The position numbers and the translations under genes are program-made. 32,000 bases of DNA. It comes from Candidatus Electrothrix sp. GW3-4 (GTDB lineage Bacteria; Desulfobacterota; Desulfobulbia; Desulfobulbales; Desulfobulbaceae). This document shows, piece after piece, positions 8,707-16,094 of the stretch; within the stretch, counting starts at the first letter, position 1, and each line of letters starts with the position of its first letter. The notes beneath the pieces were generated by a model. That model made no database searches. It was not told where the DNA came from and worked only from the letters and a program-made list of their open reading frames with translations. The stretch is taken from assembly GCF_037902255.1 (NCBI RefSeq), contig NZ_CP147990.1, positions 2,610,001 through 2,642,000 on the forward strand, in the 5' to 3' direction.

Positions 8707-9106
8707 TCCGCTTGAACAACTTGCCACTCTCTATCTTGACGTTGTTTTCGCATTTATAAATGCTATATTCATGCCACTTTTTCTTGTTTCTGCTGGCTTA
8801 TTCTAATTTCTTGTAATGACTACCCTAAAACAGGAACAAGAATCTTTGCCAATAACACTTCTTTTTCATTACCGCCGCAAAACGCGTAAGTTTTATCCTT
8901 ACCCAGATACCAGCCGGGTAAAAAATACCCAATCGTCCTCTGATATTCCACCAATAACGATTCCAGCACAAGATTTTCGAGCTATCTTTTGACTTGTCCT
9001 CCTCTGATAGAGTAAACTCCATTTTCAGAAGTCAGGAAAGACCATTCCACCTTGCAAGCAGAAATACAACCAACTGATTATAAAAACAAAAAATACCAAG
9101 AATAAC

Positions 9107-10978
9107 GTGTCAGAACATCAATACGACGAATCGAAGATCAAAACCCTCAGCTCCCTGGAGCATATTCGTAAACGCCCCGGCATGTACATTGGTCGGCTCG
9201 GTAATGGGTCCGACCCTGATGACGGTATCTACATCCTCCTCAAAGAGGTGATAGATAATGCTGTGGATGAATATATTATGGGCCACGGCAAACAAGTGGA
9301 TATTTCTATCGAAGAAAATGGCCGCTGTCGCGTTCGAGATTACGGACGCGGCATTCCCTTGGGCAAGGTTGTAGAGTGTGTTTCTGTTATCAATACCGGG
9401 GCCAAATACAACACTGATGTCTTTCAATTTTCCGTAGGACTCAACGGAGTAGGAACTAAGGCTGTGAATGCCCTTTCCTCGCAATTCACCGTCTGTGCCT
9501 TTCGGGAAGGAAAATTCAAAAAAGCCATCTTTGAGCAAGGCACGCTCGTAAGTGAGGAAGAGGGAGAGGCTGATGAAAAAAACGGTACGCTGATAGAATT
9601 TCTCCCTGATGCCGAGTCCTTCCCCAAATACTCTTTTGACATGGATTATGTCGATCAGCGTTTATGGCGTTATGCCTACCTCAATGCGGGCTTAACGCTC
9701 TATCTTGACACACCACCCCCAGAGGAAGACGGAGAAACCAGCAAGCCCGCAAAGAAAAAATATCATTCTGCCAAGGGGCTCCTTGATCTGCTGCAAAAGG
9801 AACTGGGTGATAAGGGAATCTATCCCCCTATACAATCTTCAGAGACCGCTCTCGAATTCGCCTTCACCCACACCGATGATTATAGCGAGACCTATTATTC
9901 CTTTGTCAACGGAACCTATACCTCAGAAGGAGGCACCCATCTCTCGGCCTTTCGCGAAGGAATCCTGAAAGGAGTCAATGAGTTTTCAGACAAAAAATAC
10001 ACGGGAAAAGATGTACGAGACGGGATTGTCGGTACTCTTGCCGTTAAAGTACAAGAACCAGTTTTTGAATCGCAGACCAAGAATAAACTGGGAAATACCG
10101 ATGTAAAAGGATGGATTGTCAATGCCATTCGCGAAGCAGTTGCGACCTATCTCTATAAATATCCAGAGAACACAGAACTCTTCATGGATAAGGTCCAACG
10201 CAACGAACGCATCCGCAAGGAGTTACAATCTGTGCGTAAGGAGGCAAAGGCAAAGGCAAAAAAGGTTGCCTTCAAGATTCCACAGCTCAAGGATTGCAAA
10301 CACCACCCTTCCCGGCAAAATTCCTCAAAAAAAGGGCAAGAAAATATGATCTTTATCACTGAGGGGCAGTCCGCTGCTGGCTCTATTGTCTCCTCACGTG
10401 ATCCTATGACCCAGGCCGTCTTTTCCCTTAAGGGAAAACCCATGAACGTCTTTGGCCAACGACTTGACATCCTCTATAAAAACGACGAGATGTATTCTCT
10501 CATGCGGAGCCTAAATGTCGAGGATTCCATCGCCGACCTGCGTTTTGACAAGATCATTCTGGCAACCGATGCGGACGTGGATGGGCTGCATATCCGCAAC
10601 CTGCTTCTCACCTTTTTTCTTCATTATTTTGAGGCATTGATCAAACTCGGTCATGTCTACATCCTGGAGACGCCTCTTTTTCGCGCTAGAAACAAAAAGA
10701 AGACCATCTACTGCTATTCTGATCAGGAGAAAGAGGAGGCGATCAACGCCTTGAAGGGACGGGGCAACGCAGCTTCAGTAGAAGTTACCCGTTTCAAAGG
10801 ACTCGGGGAGATTTCACCACCGGAGTTCAAGCAGTTCATCGGCCCGGATATGCGAATTCAGCCTGTCCGGCTGGATAGCTTATCTGAAGTCGGTCAGGTG
10901 CTCAGTTTTTACATGGGAAAAAACACGCCTGACCGTCGTCAGTATATTATGGAACATCTGGTCTTGCGACCAGCATGA
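9107..10978 (+). CDS. parE: Type IIA DNA topoisomerase subunit B (ParE-like by length; GyrB family)
   Basis: Motifs present: HIRKRPGMYIG, EVIDNAVDE, DYGRGIP, GLNGVG, QTKNKLG, the Toprim EGQSAAGS and DADVDGLHI. At 623 aa it lacks the long GyrB insert. It uses a GTG start and has no obvious SD. Confidence 0.85.
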   Translation: MSEHQYDESKIKTLSSLEHIRKRPGMYIGRLGNGSDPDDGIYILLKEVIDNAVDEYIMGHGKQVDISIEENGRCRVRDYGRGIPLGKVVECVSVINTGAKYNTDVFQFSVGLNGVGTKAVNALSSQFTVCAFREGKFKKAIFEQGTLVSEEEGEADEKNGTLIEFLPDAESFPKYSFDMDYVDQRLWRYAYLNAGLTLYLDTPPPEEDGETSKPAKKKYHSAKGLLDLLQKELGDKGIYPPIQSSETALEFAFTHTDDYSETYYSFVNGTYTSEGGTHLSAFREGILKGVNEFSDKKYTGKDVRDGIVGTLAVKVQEPVFESQTKNKLGNTDVKGWIVNAIREAVATYLYKYPENTELFMDKVQRNERIRKELQSVRKEAKAKAKKVAFKIPQLKDCKHHPSRQNSSKKGQENMIFITEGQSAAGSIVSSRDPMTQAVFSLKGKPMNVFGQRLDILYKNDEMYSLMRSLNVEDSIADLRFDKIILATDADVDGLHIRNLLLTFFLHYFEALIKLGHVYILETPLFRARNKKKTIYCYSDQEKEEAINALKGRGNAASVEVTRFKGLGEISPPEFKQFIGPDMRIQPVRLDSLSEVGQVLSFYMGKNTPDRRQYIMEHLVLRPA

Positions 10979-11040
10979 GTCGTAGAATATCAGTTTTTTT
11001 ATAGAGAGTGCAACTGAGCTGAAAAAATCCTCTATGCCCT

Positions 11041-11487
11041 CTAAAGAATATCAGCCCAATTTTTCAATTCCTTAAGGTTTAACCGATGAGGGAAAAAATA
11101 TATCATCTCACCGTCAAGCTTTAAAAAATCATTCACTAGAAACTCCCTGCTCACCTCGGCGGGATGAATAGCCTTACATAACAATGCGGTCTGCAGAAAA
11201 GAGAAACTCTCAAGTTTCATAGCAAGGAACTCAAGCGCGATTCCTTCTTCAGTCACCCGGGAAACCGAACCAATCGCACGAATCACATTTTTTTCATACA
11301 ATGCAGACTGTTTCAAATCAATTATACAGAGGTCGCCAATAGCTTGGTCAAAATCCCCCTCAATCAATATTCCACTGAGGCTTACATTATTCACAAAACT
11401 TTTATATTCGTTTACGTGGAACTTAAGATGCACGGCCCACAGGATGCCCACTCGTGAAAATCGACGATTGTTTATATTTTTCATCAT
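11041..11487 (-). CDS. PilZ-domain (c-di-GMP binding) protein
   Basis: The N-terminus has RRFSR (RxxxR), followed 21 residues later by NVSLSG ([D/N]xSxxG). This is the canonical PilZ motif pair. Length is 148 aa. Confidence 0.7.
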   Translation of the reverse strand: MMKNINNRRFSRVGILWAVHLKFHVNEYKSFVNNVSLSGILIEGDFDQAIGDLCIIDLKQSALYEKNVIRAIGSVSRVTEEGIALEFLAMKLESFSFLQTALLCKAIHPAEVSREFLVNDFLKLDGEMIYFFPHRLNLKELKNWADIL

Positions 11488-11669
11488 GTAAAAATCCCCT
11501 TACAACAAAGGCGATGGATTCTCCCATTGAGACCCACTGAATGTATGCGTTCCTTTTGCGATGTTGAGCGTATTTTCTGTAACGCAAAAATATATACTGC
11601 AAGGACTACCACAAACACCACAAATTCAAGACACAGGCCCTCCACAACGTTCACAAGTGTTCAAACTCA

Positions 11670-11709
11670 CGGGCATGAAAAGTAACGGGTGCCCTGAATG
11701 AGTCACCCG
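11670..11709 (-). terminator. Possible intrinsic terminator after the 110-aa gene
   Basis: The minus strand reads CGGGTG-loop-CACCCG followed by TTACTTTTC. The stem is short and the loop is large. Confidence 0.35.
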
Positions 11710-11751
11710 ACATTTTCATATAAAACGAAGGGCAAAAGCAAGAAAGACAGC

Positions 11752-12084
11752 TTACACCATGATATACTCTTCTTTAATCATATTATCAATAAAATCAAGA
11801 ACAAAATTTCGTTGTTCAGGTGTAGCCCAGTCAATACAGGAACAGCGTATATTACGAGAGCTACGTACGAGAAACTCAATACGAGCCTCTGTTTTTTCTA
11901 AAATAACAGAAAAATAGAACGGGCCGCAATCAGGATGATTCAGCTGGGGGGGAGCCAGCAACTCCTGAGGCAGTTCAAGCCAAAAAACACCTTCTATGGG
12001 CCCTGACTTTAAGATCCGTTTCAGATAACTATCCAGGTTATCATGCTCAAGAAAAGAAAGCTCATCTATTACAAATTGACGCAT
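11752..12084 (-). CDS. Hypothetical protein (110 aa)
   Basis: Clean ORF with a GGGG SD-like run upstream. It has the same orientation as, and lies 88 nt downstream of, the preceding gene. I recognise no family. Confidence 0.55.
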   Translation of the reverse strand: MRQFVIDELSFLEHDNLDSYLKRILKSGPIEGVFWLELPQELLAPPQLNHPDCGPFYFSVILEKTEARIEFLVRSSRNIRCSCIDWATPEQRNFVLDFIDNMIKEEYIMV

Positions 12085-12172
12085 ACTGACTACCCCATAA
12101 TATTTACAATAAGATTAAAAAATCAAAAAACCAAATCAAGAAAAAAGACCTTCCAACAGAAGCATCCTTTCC

Positions 12173-13054
12173 TCACTCTCCAGAAGGACGGACAATATTA
12201 TACACATGCCTGAGATCATAGGCATGATACCGCGCAGGCTCGCCACGCCCCTCTCCCCCATAGCTCAACATCAGCCCTCTTTGCTTCTCATAATCGAGCC
12301 AATCTATAAAAATAGCGCTGTGCCGAACCTCTCGGTACTCATGATTAATATAAAATAACCAATCACCGGGCCGAATCAGCTCCCTCTCAGCATACTCGCC
12401 ATCCTCTTGCTCCCCAGAAAAAACGACCTGTCGTTTTCCTTCAGGATATCCTGATCGGCTATATACGGCATCCACATAATTCCAGCAACCGCCTTGAACG
12501 ATCTCTCTGTTTTCCAGGCTCATCTCCCGCCCGGTTTGCAGAATTTTCAGTGCCGGAGAATCTGCTTTTTTTTCAACTTGAAAAAGAGCGCTCAAGATGT
12601 CCTGATCATACACCTTACCACCCTCTTTTTTTTCTCTTTCTCTGGGTGGCATTTCCAGTTCAACGACAGGCTCTTCCTCGCTGACAGTCTTTGCTCCCTC
12701 CTCTGACACATCCTCAACCTCGGGGAAAAGCGACGAGACAGATGCATCGACAAGACCAGAACCTGTCTCGTCAAGGGGCGGTCTTTCCTGGTCGATGAGC
12801 ATAACCGTTTTCATCCCAAGAGGACCTCCCCCTCGTGACTCATCAGCGACGTGCTGTCCATCCACCAACTCTATAACCGGGGGTATAAGCGGCTGAACCG
12901 TCACAACTGCCGTTGAGTCAGAACCGTTAAGAAGGAACTCTGCTGAATCCTGCCCATCAGAAACAGGCCATTCATCCTTGAGAACTTTCCATATCAGTAA
13001 AAAAACACTCACCAACACTATCACTATAAGTCCGACCGTTATCACCCGTTTCAT
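12173..13054 (-). CDS. Membrane-anchored protein with C-terminal NlpC/P60-like (papain-fold) domain
   Basis: N-terminal TM helix KRVITVGLIVIVLVSVFLLIW, then an acidic linker. The C-terminal pattern GGCWNYVDAVYSRSGY...RPGDWLFY...RHSAIFIDW matches the Cys...GD(L/W)xF...H(V/S)xI layout of NlpC/P60 peptidases. I take the ATG at 13054; a GTG at 13060 is an alternative start. Confidence 0.55.
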   Translation of the reverse strand: MKRVITVGLIVIVLVSVFLLIWKVLKDEWPVSDGQDSAEFLLNGSDSTAVVTVQPLIPPVIELVDGQHVADESRGGGPLGMKTVMLIDQERPPLDETGSGLVDASVSSLFPEVEDVSEEGAKTVSEEEPVVELEMPPREREKKEGGKVYDQDILSALFQVEKKADSPALKILQTGREMSLENREIVQGGCWNYVDAVYSRSGYPEGKRQVVFSGEQEDGEYAERELIRPGDWLFYINHEYREVRHSAIFIDWLDYEKQRGLMLSYGGEGRGEPARYHAYDLRHVYNIVRPSGE

Positions 13055-13367
13055 GACCACTCACCCTGAGTTGCTCAATCAGCTGAAGCTACCAAGTATC
13101 GAAGATATGACATCCGCTCCCCCTCCAAAATTTGATATTACTCATGCGTAACATCAAAAGATACATCATACATCCTGGCCACAACCATAACTATAGCACA
13201 AAACTGAATAATTTCGGTAATAATTCTTACTCACGGACAAGAATATTCACCTCTTCCCCCCTGACAGTCACTGCATATGGCTCAAGATGCAAGGGTGCAG
13301 GAGGCTCAATAAAATGAGGAAGGGGAAAGAAAAAAGGAAAAAGAAGGTGCTGATGCGGGAGAAAAAA

Positions 13368-16094
13368 TTATTTCTTCGCAGGTAATTTCACCTGTTGATG
13401 AGGATAAATAAGGTCAGGATTGGCAATCTTATTTTTCTTGGCAACATCAGGATAATTAAAACCGCTGCCAGTATATTGCTCAGAAATCTTCCAGAGCGTA
13501 TCTCCTTTACTCACGGTATGATAAGTCTGATCTGACGTGCCATACAGAGGAGACATCGGTGGTCTTTTTTTCTGCTCAACATGCACGGGCTCTGTAAAAG
13601 AGATCGCCTCACCTGGTGTCTTACCTGTTGCCTTGCCAGCTTCTACAGCAGGGACTCCATCACCTGACCCTGCCACAGCAGGAATCCCTTGTTTCGTGGC
13701 GCGGCCCTCTTCAAGATCTCCACCTTGCTCTATCGGCTGAGCCAAACTTCCTGTCTTGGCGACCTCCTTAACGACATCCCCCTGCCCTTTCCTAACGATA
13801 TCCGAAGAAATATCCTGGGAAAGATCCACAACCGGGACAGCCTGCCTCTGCTCCCCTCTCTTTCCTTCACTCTTGGCCGGGCCTGTCTCAGGTTCATTGG
13901 AGAGTCTTGCCTCCCTGTCCCTCCTTAATACTGACGTACCACTCTCCCGAGCATGCTTCCCCCCCAGGTCTTCCCTATCTGTTCTTGCAGCAAGGGGAGC
14001 AACTCCCGAATCCTCAACAGGCTCCTTCTCCCTTATCACGGCAGTCTTGTGAGAAAGGTCGTCAACTACATGCTGTTGGGAAACTGCCTTCTCCTTGTCG
14101 TTTTCCTCACGAACATCCCTGGCAAGACCCTCTTCCGTCTCTCCCAATTCCTGGCCTTCCATTCCCTCCTCTTGCGTCACAGCATTTTCTGAAACATCCT
14201 TTCCTACAACAGTCTTTGGAGCAAGTTCTCTCTTTTCAAAAAAATCCTCCACAGGAATCGCCGCTGTTGACTGCTCAAAAATTGCTTGACCAGGGTGACC
14301 AGACGGAGTCCCTTGCCCCTCTTGCCCAACCCCTTTCTGGTCTGCCAATACCGATTCAGATTCTGGAAAGGCAGACGGATGCGCAACCAGCTGTTCAGGC
14401 ACCTTCTCCGGGATATCCTTTTCTATTCGTCCATCCCCTTCCCTCTTCTCAAAGGCTCCATCCAGAACCTCAGGAGCGGCTTGCTGATTATTTTCTAACC
14501 GAGGAGGATCGGATTTGATATTTTTTCCACGGAAAACTTCTTGATTTCGAAAGACAAAAAGCCAAAGAAAAAACCCTGCAAAGAGGACCAGCAATAAGAA
14601 GAGCATCCACAGCCTGAAACGCCTGCTCTCCTGAGCTTGCGGTGGGGGAAGCGGTTCCGTTTCTACCTCATGTGCTGCATCCTGAAAAAGAATATCCCGC
14701 TCTCTCTTCTTTATTTTATCAAGTTTCTTTTTAATCTTCCTCGGATCTGGGGATAAGAGAGGGGGGAATTGAACCTGCTTAACAAAATCAGCAGGCGCCA
14801 AAGCCGGGGATAAGGTCTCCTGTTCTGTTCCAGAAAATTGCCGAACAAACTCTTTGAGCTCAGAAAAGGTACCTGCCTCTTCAGGAAGGCTCCAATCCTC
14901 GGATAATAAAGCGGCGTCTTCCCAATCCTGCAACTGGCCAGGAGGCTCCAGAGAGAAATTTTTCTCCTCCCTCCCTCCGACAGCCTCAACATCCGGGCTC
15001 ACCGCTGTTTTTACTCCTTCTTCCCTTTGGCTATCAGCCCCTTCGCTGGAATCAGTCTGTTTTTTGACATCATTTTCGGCTGTTGGTGAAGAAGAAAAGC
15101 TGCCATTTTTTTTAAGATCCGAATGAGCCCCGTGCTCTTCATCATTCAGGAAAAGGTCAGCAGGCACCGCATGAGCTGACGTAAAAGATGCCAGCCCCTC
15201 TCCTACTGGCGCCTCTATCAACTTATCACCACCAGCGCTTTCTTCCTGCTCTTCCGGCTTATCAACATGACCATCTTCATCCTTCCGAGAAAATGCAGTG
15301 GCCAAGGAAGATTGCAGCAGGGCATCCTGTTCCTCAGTGAACATGAAAGCAGGAAGATCTGATGGGACGCCATTGTCATCTGTTTCCTCGAGGTCCTCAC
15401 CTTCTTCCTGAAGCAAAAAAGCATCATCATCCTGTAACGAAGTCTGGGACACTACCAAGGAGTTTCCAGTCGGAACAAGAGACTGGCCTTCATCCAGAGA
15501 GGATGCATACTCCTTTTCACCTCCTTCCCCTTCTTTCGGCGTATCAGGGCGATGGATATCTTTTTGCTCCTTCTTGTGATGAAACGCTGTGAGCAAGGAG
15601 GATTGCAACAGTTTTTCCTGTTCTTCAGTCAGCGAGACAGGTACATCCTCCCCCCTGGACTCTGTTTGCTGACACTCCTCAAGGCCATCCCCGAGGTCAG
15701 CAAGGGAGGGGGACGCCCCTTGCTTATCTTCTACACGATCAAACAAATCATCGTCTTGGCCCGATTCGGCAGCAGACGGCTGCTCGTTCTCCTCAAGAGA
15801 ACTCGGCAGAAGAGTTTTTCCATCTGAACCACTGTCGCTTTGACCTGCTCGGTTCGCGTCTTCAATATCAAAAAATTCGTTAAAGAAACCGTCGTGTTCA
15901 GCCGTACTCGCGAGAAATCGGTCCTCTTTACCCCGTGAAACAACAGACTGTTCCTCATCACCTTGCAGAAGCGTTCTATCCACTTCCGATAGAGCTCCCG
16001 ATCCCCCTTGAAACCCGAAAGAAGCGTCTGATATTTCAGAAACAGAATTGAGTTCCTGCCCCCCCTTGCTTCTCGTCGACTTCAGACCTATCAT
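13368..16094 (-). CDS. Large acidic single-pass membrane protein with C-terminal LysM domain (inverted FimV/HubP-like layout)
   Basis: 908 aa. Residues 1-490 are highly acidic and low-complexity with repeated TEEQ(D/E)xLLQSSLxTAF motifs. The TM helix is FRLWMLFLLLVLFAGFFLWLFVF (nt 14550-14618). An acidic E/K/G-rich region follows. The terminal YHTVSKGDTLWKISEQY...NPDLIYPHQQVKLP is LysM (nt 13380-13523). Confidence 0.8.
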   Translation of the reverse strand: MIGLKSTRSKGGQELNSVSEISDASFGFQGGSGALSEVDRTLLQGDEEQSVVSRGKEDRFLASTAEHDGFFNEFFDIEDANRAGQSDSGSDGKTLLPSSLEENEQPSAAESGQDDDLFDRVEDKQGASPSLADLGDGLEECQQTESRGEDVPVSLTEEQEKLLQSSLLTAFHHKKEQKDIHRPDTPKEGEGGEKEYASSLDEGQSLVPTGNSLVVSQTSLQDDDAFLLQEEGEDLEETDDNGVPSDLPAFMFTEEQDALLQSSLATAFSRKDEDGHVDKPEEQEESAGGDKLIEAPVGEGLASFTSAHAVPADLFLNDEEHGAHSDLKKNGSFSSSPTAENDVKKQTDSSEGADSQREEGVKTAVSPDVEAVGGREEKNFSLEPPGQLQDWEDAALLSEDWSLPEEAGTFSELKEFVRQFSGTEQETLSPALAPADFVKQVQFPPLLSPDPRKIKKKLDKIKKRERDILFQDAAHEVETEPLPPPQAQESRRFRLWMLFLLLVLFAGFFLWLFVFRNQEVFRGKNIKSDPPRLENNQQAAPEVLDGAFEKREGDGRIEKDIPEKVPEQLVAHPSAFPESESVLADQKGVGQEGQGTPSGHPGQAIFEQSTAAIPVEDFFEKRELAPKTVVGKDVSENAVTQEEGMEGQELGETEEGLARDVREENDKEKAVSQQHVVDDLSHKTAVIREKEPVEDSGVAPLAARTDREDLGGKHARESGTSVLRRDREARLSNEPETGPAKSEGKRGEQRQAVPVVDLSQDISSDIVRKGQGDVVKEVAKTGSLAQPIEQGGDLEEGRATKQGIPAVAGSGDGVPAVEAGKATGKTPGEAISFTEPVHVEQKKRPPMSPLYGTSDQTYHTVSKGDTLWKISEQYTGSGFNYPDVAKKNKIANPDLIYPHQQVKLPAKK

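Noticed and set aside
8825-9022. 65-aa minus-strand ORF upstream of the candidate sRNA
   Set aside because: It has no SD and an odd W/R/K/F-rich composition, and it lies in AT-rich spacer. It is unlikely to be coding, so the minus-strand terminator at 8351-8390 is not explained by it.
9107-10978. Topoisomerase B subunit without an adjacent A subunit as a possible anomaly
   Set aside because: The parE/parC and gyrB/gyrA pairs are frequently unlinked in bacteria. All catalytic motifs are intact. This is ordinary.
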